Below are positions 1 to 9,062 of a stretch of DNA of 42,785 bases, piece after piece (within the stretch, counting starts at the first letter, position 1; each line of letters begins with the position of its first letter). The position numbers and the translations under genes are program-made. The notes under the pieces are model-generated. The model was not told the origin of the DNA. It did not search any database and was given only the letters and a program-made list of their open reading frames with translations. Origin of the DNA: Armatimonadota bacterium (GTDB lineage: Bacteria > Sysuimicrobiota > Sysuimicrobiia > Sysuimicrobiales > Kaftiobacteriaceae); the NCBI GenBank assembly GCA_037440005.1, contig JBBIUY010000027.1, positions 1 to 42,785 of the forward strand, read 5' to 3'.

Positions 1-207
1 CAGCGCCGCGGCGGGCGCCCGGGACGGGCGGCGAGCCGCCAGGCCCGCGGCCTCCAGCGCCCAGCGCATCTCGGCCTGGGCCAGCGCCAGCGTCAGGACG
101 CTGCGCGCCGGGTTGCCTTCGCTGTAGTACCGGCGGGCCCGCTCCAGCCACCGCTGCGCAAACCCGATCCGGACCAGAATCTGCTCGTCGGCCGCCCGCA
201 CCGCCAT
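1..207 (-). CDS. Hypothetical protein downstream of the sigma factor (3' end outside window); candidate anti-sigma factor
   Basis: GAGGAGG RBS, then ATG at 207; reads MAVRAADEQILVRIGFAQRWLERARRYYSEGNPARSVLTLALAQAEMRWALE... open to the window edge; 25 nt after the sigma stop. Confidence 0.7.
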   Translation of the reverse strand, partial: MAVRAADEQILVRIGFAQRWLERARRYYSEGNPARSVLTLALAQAEMRWALEAAGLAARRPSRAPAAAL

Positions 208-232
208 CCGCAACCTCCTCCCCCGCACCTTC

Positions 233-880
233 TTAATATCCGGGGGCCCTGCCCTGCGTGTGCACCTCCACGCCCACCAGCGCGCGCATCCGGTCCAGGG
301 CCTGCCGGTGCAGACGGTAGAAGTGGGACAGGCTGATCCGCAGCTCCCGGGCCAGATGCCGGGGGTCGCGGGATTCCAGGTAGGTGCCCCGCAGGATGGC
401 GCGCTCGCGGTCCGGCAGCCCCTCGATGGCCTGCCGCAGCTGGTCCAGCAGCGCTCCGTCCTCCACGTCGGCGAGGGCCCGGTCGCTGTCCGGATCCGCC
501 AGCCGGGTCGCCAGGGGCAGGTCGTCGTGGCCGTCCTGCTCCAGGGAGTACTCCACCGGCCCGCTCCGGCGCAATGCGTTGAGGACGCGGCCGCGGATCC
601 GGTAGGCCGCGAAGGTGGAAAAGCGCACCCCGCGGCGGGGGTCATACCTCTCCACGGCCTCGATCAGCCCCACCGTGCCCTCCTGCAGCATGTCCAGCAG
701 CACCCCGTCGGGCGGCCGCAGCTGCATCACCACCTTGAAGACCAGGGGCTGGTAGGCCTCGATCAGGCGCAGGCGGCTGTCCGCGTCTCCCTCGACGCGA
801 AACCGCTGCCACAGCCGCCGCTCCTCCTCGGGCGTGAGCAGGTGGACCTTCTGGAGCTCCTGCAGGTACCGGGTCAGCAC
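233..880 (-). CDS. Sigma-70 family alternative RNA polymerase sigma factor (FliA/WhiG-like)
   Basis: Region 1.2-like YLQEL..LLTPEEE, region 2 DMLQEGTVGLIEAVERYDPRRGVRFSTFAAYRIRG, region 4 HTH. Start uncertain (GTG at 880 or 934); the ORF-track N-terminus is translated repeat DNA. Confidence 0.9.
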   Translation of the reverse strand: MLTRYLQELQKVHLLTPEEERRLWQRFRVEGDADSRLRLIEAYQPLVFKVVMQLRPPDGVLLDMLQEGTVGLIEAVERYDPRRGVRFSTFAAYRIRGRVLNALRRSGPVEYSLEQDGHDDLPLATRLADPDSDRALADVEDGALLDQLRQAIEGLPDRERAILRGTYLESRDPRHLARELRISLSHFYRLHRQALDRMRALVGVEVHTQGRAPGY

Positions 881-959
881 GGACGTCGGCGGGTCCCCGC
901 GGGTGCGGGAACGTCCCGCGCTGTGTTCGCACACGCCTGGAGAAAATCCTGCTGGGGGA

Positions 960-1024
960 AGGGAAGAAGGAAGAGGGAAGAGGGGTAACAGCACCAGCTT
1001 GTTCTTCCCTCTTCCTTCTTCCCT
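960..1024. repeat. Perfect 22-bp inverted repeat built from AGGGAAG/AAGGAAG heptamers
   Basis: 960-981 AGGGAAGAAGGAAGAGGGAAGA is the exact reverse complement of 1003-1024; 21-nt loop. Confidence 0.95.
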
Positions 1025-1036
1025 CTTCCCTCTCTT

Positions 1037-4000
1037 CTAGAACCTCCTCACCACCCTGTAGAAGAGGTCGTAGCCGCCCAGGTTGTCCAGCGAGAAGCTC
1101 AGCACCGTGGCCGGGGTCAGACGGTACTCCAGGGACCACACGTAGCGGGGGGTGACGCCCAGCTCGGAGGTGAGGGTCACGTAGAGGTTGCGGACCACCG
1201 CCTTGCCCAACCGCAGCAGCAGGGGCCGCTCCAGGTCGTAGGTGATGGTGAACTCTTCCAGGCCGAAGGCCTGAGCCACCGCCCGCCCCACGCTCCCGAA
1301 GACCGCCGCTCCCAGCTCCGCCTGCACCACCGCCTCCACGTCCTGGCCCTGCAGCAGCCGCGTCACCCCCACCCGCCCGGCCAGGCCGGCCAGGATCTCC
1401 TCCCGGGATAGGGGCGGGTCGCTGGCAAGGTCCAGGACCAAAGCGTCGGGAGTCCCGGTGATGTGCAGGAACACCCGGACCGTCTCCAGCCGGCGCTCGG
1501 TCCCGGTGGCGGTCACCACCTGGGTGACCACCCCCATGGCGGTTTCCGCCCGCGCGTCGATCTCGGGGACGGTTCCGCGGAACTCGGCGAACTCCGCCCG
1601 GGCGTCGGTCAGGGTGAAGACCGTGTTGAAGGCGGTGAAGGACCCGCGCTCGGACTCCACCTCCCCCGCCAGGCGCGGGGACGACCACGCGCCCGACGCC
1701 CGCACGCCGCCGTGGACCAGCAGGCGCAGCCTGCCCACGTTCGCCCACAGGTCCTCTCCCGCCCGCACGGCCACCTCCAGGGCCGGGTCCACGCCGGCCC
1801 GGGTCCCGCGGCGGGAGGGTGCCGCAGACGGCACGTACAGGTCTCCGCCGCTGAGGACCACGGTGCCGGAGAGGGTCGGGTGCGCGGCGGACCCGGTGAC
1901 GGACAGGTCGGCGTCCGCCACCGCGTCCAACAGGTCGGGCACCCGCAGGCGGACACCCCGCACCCGGGCCTCCAGGGCCACCCGGTCGGGAGCGAACCGG
2001 CGCAGCGCCACTGAGCCCTCACCGGTCACCGTCCCGTCCCCCGCCCGCGCCCGCAGGCTCACCAGGCGCAGCTCGTCCCCGCTGAGGGTAACGGTGGCTT
2101 CCAGGTCCCGCAGGGCCGGTTCCACCCCCCGGATGCGCAGCCGACCCCCGGTCAGGGTGAGGCCGCCGGCGACCTGAGGCTGCAGGATCGTCCCGCCGAC
2201 GGTCAGCTCGCCCTGAACCGGTCCGCTGGCCTCCTCCACCCACGGGCTCACCCCCGCCACCAGGGAGAGGTCCCCGTCCACCAGGACCACGCGCACGTCC
2301 AGCGGGCGCCGGGGGTCCACGCGGCCCGCCGGCAGGTCCACCGGCACCCTGCCCGAGACTTTGATCCTGTGCCTGCCGTCCTGGGCCAGACCCTGTTCCA
2401 CCACCAGGTCGCCGTCGCGGTAGTACGCCTGCAGGGTCAGCCGCTCGAGTCGCGCGCCGGCCAGGCCTCCGTTGGTGACCGCTGCGGAGATCCCGACCAT
2501 CAGCGCCCCGGGGGGACCGGACAGCTGCACGGTGAAGTCCGCCGACCCGGTCAGGGGGACGGACAGGCCCGCCAGCGACCGCAGCAGGTCCAGGTCCAGC
2601 CCCTGGCCGCTGAACTCCACGTCCGTCTGCCCGGTCAGGTCCACCCGCCCCGCCCCCACCAGGAGGCCCCGGGCGGGGCGCACGACCAGGGAGCGGACGG
2701 TGACCACGCGGTCGGTCAGGACCACGTCCACGGTGGCTTCCTCCACCGGATGGTCGCCCAGACGTCCGTCGGTCACCCGCAGGACCACTGCCGCGTCTGG
2801 GTCGGTGAGCCGTCCGCTGGCGATGACCTCGCCGTCCACGCGGCCGTCCACCGCCACCGGAGGCGCCGCCCGCGCGACGGCCAGCAGCGAGCTCACCCGC
2901 ATCCCCTCCACCACCGCGTGCAGGTCCACCACCGGGTCGGGGACCAGCAGCACGGCTCCGGTCAGCTCCACCCGCCCGCGGTCCTGGGCCAGCGTCAGGG
3001 GCTGGAGGACCAGCCGGCCCCGGCGGTAGTGGACGACGCCCTCGGCCCGGTCGAAGGGCTGACCGTTGAGGGTCAGGGTGGTAGAAGACAGGCGCGCGTC
3101 CACCACCGGCGCGCGCAGGCTCCCTCCCAGCGTGCCCGACAGGTCCGCGTCCCCGTCCACCCGCAGCCCGGACGCCTGCAGGGCGGCCACGTCGGCCAGG
3201 TGGAATCCGCGAGCCTCAAAGGCGACGGCCACGTCTCCCCGGCGCCCCACCTCGCCCCGCAGCCACACCCGGGAGGCGTTGACCTCCAGCACCGCCTCGT
3301 CGATGCGCACCGTGTCGGCGCTCAGGCGGACGGCAGCCATGGCCCGGTCCACCTGCTGGCCGAACACCACTGCGTCGGTGAGGGACAGCACCCCGTCCAC
3401 GTCGGGGTCCGACGGCGAGCCGGTGAGGCGGACCCGGCCCTCCACCGTGCCGGCCACGTCCAGGGGGACCTTGGCGATGTCCAGCAGCCTCTGGGCCGAC
3501 AGCGACCGCGCCTGCACCACCACGTCCAGGGACGGCGGGTTCCACCCCACGGAGCCGGAGGCGAGGTAGGTCCCCTCGCCGTCGGTGACCACCAGTCCCG
3601 GGGTGCGCAGTCCCGTGCGGTCCGCCACCACCGGCCCGACCAGGCTGTCGAAGGGCAGCGGGCCGATCTGGCCCTGGTAGATGGCCACCTCGCCCCGGAC
3701 CTGGGGGGCCGTCGGCGTCCCGCTCAACAGGCCGGAGAAGTCCGCAGTGCCCGTCGCCCACGGCGCGCCCAGAGCGGGCGCGACCCGCCGCAGGCTGACG
3801 TCGGTCGCCGCCACAGAGAACGCCATCTGCCCGGACGGCGCCGCGCTGCCGGTCAGGCGCACCGTCCCGGGACCGACGCGGACTTCCACCCGGTCGGCGT
3901 CCACCCGGCCGGCCGCGATGCCGCCCACCCCCTGCACCCGGTCCAGGACCAGCGGTCCGACCCGCAGGGGGGAGACTTCCGCCCGCAGGTGCGCCACCTG

Positions 4001-5395
4001 CTCTGGACCTTCCCGCGCCAGCAGGAGCCTGCCGGCGGCGGTGCCGGAGATCGGGGGCAGGCCCGGGGGAAGGACGCCGTGCAGGGCGCCCAGCCGGAGG
4101 CCGGAGAAGTCCGCGGCGACCACGACGGCGCCCGTGGCCGGCGTGACCATCCCCCAACCCGCCAGGCGCCCGCCCGCGACGCCGGCCGTCCCGCGGACGG
4201 CGAGCGTCCCCCCGGCGTAGTGCAGCCGGCCGGCGAACCCCACGACGGGAAATCCGGCCACCCGGCCGGATGCCTGCGCCACCGCCGCGTCCACCACCGG
4301 CGCGTCCAGCGGCCCGACCACCCGCACCTCGCCCGCTGCGGTGCCCTCGACGGCAGCTGCCGGCCCCAGCCACCGGCGCAGCGTCCGCAGCCCCAGCGCC
4401 GGCGACCGGGCGGCCACGTCCACGTACACGCCGCGGGCGCGGCGGACCTCTCCCCGCACCCACACCGGCCACCCGTCCATGGCCAGCGTCAGCCCGGAGG
4501 TGGCCACCCGCACCGTGTCCACCTCCACCGGGCCCCGCACGTCCGAGAAGACCGCGCCGGCTGCGGTCTGCGCGCCCACGTCGTGCAGCGCCAACGTTCC
4601 CCGGTAGTCCACCGCGGTCCCGCGATCCGCCGGGGACACGGACACCGACACCTGTCCGTCCACGGTGCCGGCCGTCCAGCGCACGCCGGGAAGGCGGACC
4701 AGGTAGGATCCCCAGTGGGCGGCCGACGCCCCGCGGATCCGGAGGCGGACGTCGGCCCGCCCCCGGGACGGCACCAGGCGCGCGGACAGGGCCACCAGCG
4801 CCGGGGTCCGGCCGTCGGTGTTCACCGCGTCCAGGGCGACGTCCACCCGCGGGGCGCGTTCCAGGGAGACCTGTCCGGTCACCCGCTCAAACCGGGCGAC
4901 GAACGGAACGGCCCGCCCGAAGGCGTCGCGGTAGACGACGGTGCCCTCGGCGAACTTCACCGGAACCCTCACAGGACGCGCGCCCGCTGCCGGAGGCCGG
5001 GACGGGGCCGGGAGGTTCCAGCGGCCGGCGGCGTCGCGGTCCAGGCGCAGCGTGGGCCGCTCCAGCTCGACGGCGGCCAGGCCCGCCGCCACCCCCCTGC
5101 CCCGGATGACGTCCCAGAGCAGGCGGACCGGCTCAAACCGCAGGACCACCCGGGGCGCGTCCAGCACGGGAGCCCTCAGGCCGGCGGGGCCGCCCACCCG
5201 CACGCCGGTCAGGACGATGCCCCGCACCGGGTCGCCGCCCACCCGGGCCACCGCCACCTCCCGGTCCAGGAGCCGGGCGGCCTGGGCCACCACCAGGCGG
5301 CGGGTCGCCTCGGCCAGCGTGCCCGTGAGGACCACCGCCGCCAGGATCCCGGCCAGGACCACCACGACGCCGGCGGCGATCAGGAGAGGGCGCAT
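1037..5395 (-). CDS. tamB: TamB/AsmA-like translocation and assembly module protein (DUF490-like C-terminus), ~1452 aa
   Basis: N-terminal TM anchor (MRPLLIAAGVVVVLAGILAAVVL), long beta-rich repeats, C-terminal LHITGTPDALVLDLASDPPLSREEIL and terminal YRVVRRF; start placed at ATG 5395, just after the repeat tract. Confidence 0.85.
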   Translation of the reverse strand: MRPLLIAAGVVVVLAGILAAVVLTGTLAEATRRLVVAQAARLLDREVAVARVGGDPVRGIVLTGVRVGGPAGLRAPVLDAPRVVLRFEPVRLLWDVIRGRGVAAGLAAVELERPTLRLDRDAAGRWNLPAPSRPPAAGARPVRVPVKFAEGTVVYRDAFGRAVPFVARFERVTGQVSLERAPRVDVALDAVNTDGRTPALVALSARLVPSRGRADVRLRIRGASAAHWGSYLVRLPGVRWTAGTVDGQVSVSVSPADRGTAVDYRGTLALHDVGAQTAAGAVFSDVRGPVEVDTVRVATSGLTLAMDGWPVWVRGEVRRARGVYVDVAARSPALGLRTLRRWLGPAAAVEGTAAGEVRVVGPLDAPVVDAAVAQASGRVAGFPVVGFAGRLHYAGGTLAVRGTAGVAGGRLAGWGMVTPATGAVVVAADFSGLRLGALHGVLPPGLPPISGTAAGRLLLAREGPEQVAHLRAEVSPLRVGPLVLDRVQGVGGIAAGRVDADRVEVRVGPGTVRLTGSAAPSGQMAFSVAATDVSLRRVAPALGAPWATGTADFSGLLSGTPTAPQVRGEVAIYQGQIGPLPFDSLVGPVVADRTGLRTPGLVVTDGEGTYLASGSVGWNPPSLDVVVQARSLSAQRLLDIAKVPLDVAGTVEGRVRLTGSPSDPDVDGVLSLTDAVVFGQQVDRAMAAVRLSADTVRIDEAVLEVNASRVWLRGEVGRRGDVAVAFEARGFHLADVAALQASGLRVDGDADLSGTLGGSLRAPVVDARLSSTTLTLNGQPFDRAEGVVHYRRGRLVLQPLTLAQDRGRVELTGAVLLVPDPVVDLHAVVEGMRVSSLLAVARAAPPVAVDGRVDGEVIASGRLTDPDAAVVLRVTDGRLGDHPVEEATVDVVLTDRVVTVRSLVVRPARGLLVGAGRVDLTGQTDVEFSGQGLDLDLLRSLAGLSVPLTGSADFTVQLSGPPGALMVGISAAVTNGGLAGARLERLTLQAYYRDGDLVVEQGLAQDGRHRIKVSGRVPVDLPAGRVDPRRPLDVRVVLVDGDLSLVAGVSPWVEEASGPVQGELTVGGTILQPQVAGGLTLTGGRLRIRGVEPALRDLEATVTLSGDELRLVSLRARAGDGTVTGEGSVALRRFAPDRVALEARVRGVRLRVPDLLDAVADADLSVTGSAAHPTLSGTVVLSGGDLYVPSAAPSRRGTRAGVDPALEVAVRAGEDLWANVGRLRLLVHGGVRASGAWSSPRLAGEVESERGSFTAFNTVFTLTDARAEFAEFRGTVPEIDARAETAMGVVTQVVTATGTERRLETVRVFLHITGTPDALVLDLASDPPLSREEILAGLAGRVGVTRLLQGQDVEAVVQAELGAAVFGSVGRAVAQAFGLEEFTITYDLERPLLLRLGKAVVRNLYVTLTSELGVTPRYVWSLEYRLTPATVLSFSLDNLGGYDLFYRVVRRF

Positions 5396-5411
5396 GATGG
5401 AAGAAGGGAAG

Positions 5412-5575
5412 AGGGAAGAGGGAAGAAGGAAGAGGAAAGAGGGCAGAGGCATGAAAGGCGGCGTCGGGCGCGCACCGGAAGCGCGCAGCCGGCGTGTCGC
5501 GCCTGCCCTTGCAAGCCCGCCCTCATCCGCCCGCCCGTGTCCTCCCTCTTCCCTCTTCCTTCTTCCCTCTTCCCT
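5412..5575. repeat. 32-bp heptamer-built inverted repeat (31/32 match) enclosing a 100-bp GC-rich spacer
   Basis: 5412-5443 AGGGAAGAGGGAAGAAGGAAGAGGAAAGAGGG versus reverse complement of 5544-5575 AGGGAAGAGGGAAGAAGGAAGAGGGAAGAGGG. Confidence 0.93.
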
Positions 5576-5581
5576 GCCTTT

Positions 5582-7396
5582 TTAGCGCACCAGCACCGGG
5601 ATCTGCACCTGCCCCTGGATGACCCAGTCGGTGCGGACGATCTCCCCGGCGAAGACGTCGAACTTCACGAACTCGCGGCCCTCGGGAGGCAGGCCGAAGG
5701 GGATCAGCTGCATCAGGATGTCGGTGCTCTTGCCGAAGTCCTCGAACAGCTGGATGGCCTCCTCCAGGGTGGTGGCCGGGCTGGGCTCGGGCTCCTTGAG
5801 CAGGAACTGGGCCAGCCGCTGTTCCAGCGGGAACTCCACCGGGATCTCCTTGCCGGCGCCCGTCACCACCAGGACCGCCGGCCCCCGGGGGTAGTTGCGC
5901 GGGATCGCCACCTCCACCACCCGGGACACCACCTCCGCCTCCTGATAGGGCCGCAGCCGCAGCCGCACCCGCAGGCGGTCGCCGGGGGACACCTCCCGCT
6001 GCTCCACCTGAGCCTCCACCAGGGCGGCGGTCTGCCGGCGGGTGGACAGCCCCACCTCTACCCGCACGTCCACGGGGTCCACGGCGGCCAGGTCGTTGTA
6101 AAAGAGGAAGTTCAGCGCGTCGGGCAGGTCCAGCAGGGCCGCCAGCGCCACGTCCCGGCTGTTGTAGAAGACGTTCTCCCGGGTGAGGGGGCGCGGCAGA
6201 CCCCGGGCCCGCACCGTCATCCGCACCGTGGCCGTCCCCCCGCCCAGGACCTGGTCGCGGGCGCGGTCGATGGCGGTGAGGGTCATGGCGGTGGTGAACA
6301 GCTTGGCCAGGTCCCGGCGCCGCACCACCTGCATGCCCTTGACCACGCGCTTGCCCGTGTCCCGGTCAAACACCTCCACCCGCACCGCGAACATGCGGGG
6401 CATCTGGCCCAGGATCCCGCGGATGGCCGGCCCGCGGTCCTGGTCGATCTTGCCCACCAGGTCCCCGAGGTTGGCCTCCTTGAACGGGCGCTCCAGGGTC
6501 CGGACCACGGTCACCACGTCGGAGGTGGTGAGGGCGTACTCCACGTCCCCCAGCAGCTCCCAGGGGTGGCCGCAGATGAGCAGCTTGTCGCCCACCCGCA
6601 GGGTGACCGTGCAGATGCCTCCGAAGGTGATGTCGCCCCGCACCTGCAGGATGCCCACCGAGCTGCCCCCGGTGATGGGGGCGGCCACGAAGGACGTGGG
6701 AGAGTCGTCGTACTGCAGCAGCGGCTGCGCCGGCCCCAGGACCTGCTCCACGAGCCTCAACGCCCGCGGCGACAGGCCCGAGACCATCGCCGGAAACGTG
6801 GCGGGGACGAACGCCGTGGTGTGGGGCAGGCCGGCGGCGTCGATCCGCCGGGCCGCCTCCAGCGTGTCGGCGATGACCACCCGCGAGACCGTCCGGGACC
6901 CGATGCGCACCGGGGGATCGGCCACGAAGACCCGCGGCCAGGGAGGGAGCGCCTGGGCGCGGGAGGAGCCACCCACGGGCAGGTCGAGGACCGGCAGCAT
7001 CTCCTCGATGGGGGTGGCCAGAGCCAGGTCGCGCTTCTCGGGCTGGAACAGGTAGCCGGCCGACAGGGCCCCGATCAGCCGTCCGTTGATGTACAGGGGG
7101 CTGCCGCTCATGCCGGCGGCGGTTCCGCCCGAGCGGTCGATCACCGGGCCGCTGGTGCGGAACAGGATCAGGTGGCGCACCGGGATGATGCCGCCCCCGC
7201 CCCGCAGGATGCCGATGACGTCAATGGTGAATTCTTCAATTTTTTGTCCTTGGATCACCGTCCGGCCGATCCCCCGCATGCCGGGTTTCACCTCGGCCAG
7301 CGGCATGATGGGGGGGATCCCCGGCGGCGCCGCCCGCGTGGTCAGCGGCGGCGCCAGGACCGCCAGTGCCAGCATCGCAACCACAACCCGCCTCAC
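5582..7396 (-). CDS. SpoIVB-like peptidase S55 domain protein, secreted
   Basis: Signal peptide after GTG 7396 (AGGGAGG RBS); MPLAEVKPGMRGIGRTVIQG, AAGMSGSPLYINGRLIGALS catalytic-Ser motif, GHP motif. Confidence 0.85.
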   Translation of the reverse strand: MRRVVVAMLALAVLAPPLTTRAAPPGIPPIMPLAEVKPGMRGIGRTVIQGQKIEEFTIDVIGILRGGGGIIPVRHLILFRTSGPVIDRSGGTAAGMSGSPLYINGRLIGALSAGYLFQPEKRDLALATPIEEMLPVLDLPVGGSSRAQALPPWPRVFVADPPVRIGSRTVSRVVIADTLEAARRIDAAGLPHTTAFVPATFPAMVSGLSPRALRLVEQVLGPAQPLLQYDDSPTSFVAAPITGGSSVGILQVRGDITFGGICTVTLRVGDKLLICGHPWELLGDVEYALTTSDVVTVVRTLERPFKEANLGDLVGKIDQDRGPAIRGILGQMPRMFAVRVEVFDRDTGKRVVKGMQVVRRRDLAKLFTTAMTLTAIDRARDQVLGGGTATVRMTVRARGLPRPLTRENVFYNSRDVALAALLDLPDALNFLFYNDLAAVDPVDVRVEVGLSTRRQTAALVEAQVEQREVSPGDRLRVRLRLRPYQEAEVVSRVVEVAIPRNYPRGPAVLVVTGAGKEIPVEFPLEQRLAQFLLKEPEPSPATTLEEAIQLFEDFGKSTDILMQLIPFGLPPEGREFVKFDVFAGEIVRTDWVIQGQVQIPVLVR

Positions 7397-7486
7397 TTGC
7401 GCGCCTCCCTTCCGCGACGTGCCGGCCGACGGCCGGCACAGATCCTGCATGGTCGTTCGCCGCGCCGACGCCGGAGTCTGCGGCCG

Positions 7487-7795
7487 TCAGCGCGGCTGCA
7501 GCCGCACCACCACCTGGCCGCGCTCGATGCGCTGGCCGGGCTCCACCAGGACCTCCCGCACGATCCCGTCCTGGGGAGCCCGGGCGGCCACCGCCACCGT
7601 CCCCGTGAGCGCCGTCCGCACGTACACCAGGGGCTGGCCGTCCTCCACCAGGTCTCCCTCCGCCACCAGCCGGTCGGCCAGGACCGTCCCCGCCAGGGTG
7701 GCCCGCACGTCCACCAGGGCCGGGGCGGCTGCGGCGGCCGCCACCGCCACAGCCACCGTCACCGTCAGCAAGACAGCCGGACGCCGGGCCGTCAC
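7487..7795 (-). CDS. Exported biotinyl/lipoyl-attachment-like (barrel-sandwich hybrid) domain protein lacking the acceptor lysine
   Basis: Signal-peptide-like N-terminus; VAEGDLVEDGQPLVYV...RAPQDGIVREVLVEPGQRIERGQVVVRL hybrid-domain pattern; no Lys in the 102-aa protein; GGAGGAG RBS. Confidence 0.75.
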   Translation of the reverse strand: MTARRPAVLLTVTVAVAVAAAAAAPALVDVRATLAGTVLADRLVAEGDLVEDGQPLVYVRTALTGTVAVAARAPQDGIVREVLVEPGQRIERGQVVVRLQPR

Positions 7796-7816
7796 CGATC
7801 TCCTCCGCCGCCGCGC

Positions 7817-9028
7817 CTACCCCGGGAACTCCTCCGGGGGCCGGGAGCGCCTTCCCCCATAGTACCGCAGCGCCTGCACGATGCGTTCCGCCGCCCGGCC
7901 GTCCCCGAAGGGGTTGCGGGCGGTGGCCATGGCCTGGTAGGCGGCGCGGTCCAGCAGCAGCCGGGAGGCCTCCTCCACGATGCGGGTGCGGTCGGTCCCC
8001 ACCAATCGCAGGACGCCGGCTTCGACACCCTCCGGACGCTCGGTCACCCGCCGCAGGACCAGGGTCGGACGCCCCAGGGCCGTGGCCTCCTCCTGGATGC
8101 CTCCCGAGTCGGTCAGGATGAGGTACGCCTGGCGCATGAGCATCACCCAGGGGCCGTACTCGGGCGGTTCGATGAGGTGGGCCCGGGGCTGGCCGGCCAG
8201 AATCTCGTCCACCGTGCGGCGGACGGCGGGGTTGGGGTGGACCGAAAACACCAGGGTGGTGTCCGGGAAGCGTTCCAGCAGGTCGCGCAGGGCCAGGTAG
8301 ATCTCCCGCAGCGGCTCCCCCCAGTTCTCCCGCCGGTGGGTGGTGACCAGCAGCAGGCGCCGTCCCTGCAGGGGCGGCAGGCCCGGAGGCAGGGGGATGT
8401 CGGTCCGCCCCGCCACCTGCTGGAGGGCGTCGATGACCGTGTTGCCGGTCACGAAGATGGCCTGAGGCCGCACGCCCTCGGCCAGGAGGTTGTCCCGGGC
8501 GCGCGGGGTCGGCGCGAAGTGCAGGTCGGCCAGGGCGGTGGTCATGCGCCGGTTCATCTCCTCGGGGAACGGCTGATACTTGTCGTAGGTCCGCAGGCCC
8601 GCTTCCACATGGCCGACCGGGATCCGGTGGTAGTAGGCGGCCAGCGCTCCGACAAACGTGGTGTGGGCGTCCCCCTGCACCAGGACCAGCGCCGGCCGCA
8701 CCTCCCGCAGGACCCGGTCCAGACCCGGCAGGGCCCGGGTGACGATGTCCACCAGGGACTGCTCGGGGAGCATGACGTCCAGGTCGTAGTCGGGGACGAT
8801 GCCAAACAGGCGCGTCACCTGGTCCAGCATCTCCCGGTGCTGGCCGGTGACCACCACCACCGGTTCGAAGTCGGAGGCCTCCCGCAGGCGCTGGACCACC
8901 GGCGCCATCTTCACCGCTTCCGGACGGGTGCCGAAGACCACCATCACCCGCGCCCGCCCCCCGCCGTCCAGCCGGGCGGGAGCCACCTGGGGCCGGGGAG
9001 CGGTCATCACGGCCATGGACGCGGACAT
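7817..9028 (-). CDS. wecB: UDP-N-acetylglucosamine 2-epimerase (non-hydrolysing)
   Basis: FGTRPEAVKMAP, TGQHREML, HVEAGLRT, PFPEE, HRREN and TDSGGIQEEA motifs; start could be 9016 or 9007. Confidence 0.96.
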   Translation of the reverse strand: MSASMAVMTAPRPQVAPARLDGGGRARVMVVFGTRPEAVKMAPVVQRLREASDFEPVVVVTGQHREMLDQVTRLFGIVPDYDLDVMLPEQSLVDIVTRALPGLDRVLREVRPALVLVQGDAHTTFVGALAAYYHRIPVGHVEAGLRTYDKYQPFPEEMNRRMTTALADLHFAPTPRARDNLLAEGVRPQAIFVTGNTVIDALQQVAGRTDIPLPPGLPPLQGRRLLLVTTHRRENWGEPLREIYLALRDLLERFPDTTLVFSVHPNPAVRRTVDEILAGQPRAHLIEPPEYGPWVMLMRQAYLILTDSGGIQEEATALGRPTLVLRRVTERPEGVEAGVLRLVGTDRTRIVEEASRLLLDRAAYQAMATARNPFGDGRAAERIVQALRYYGGRRSRPPEEFPG

Positions 9029-9062
9029 CCCCGGGCGGATCGCCGCGGCGGGACTGCGGGCA

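Noticed and set aside
5396..5452. N-terminal extensions such as MPLPSFLFLLPSSLFPSS on TamB and the sigma factor
   Set aside because: They are in-frame translations of the pyrimidine heptamer repeats, not real protein sequence
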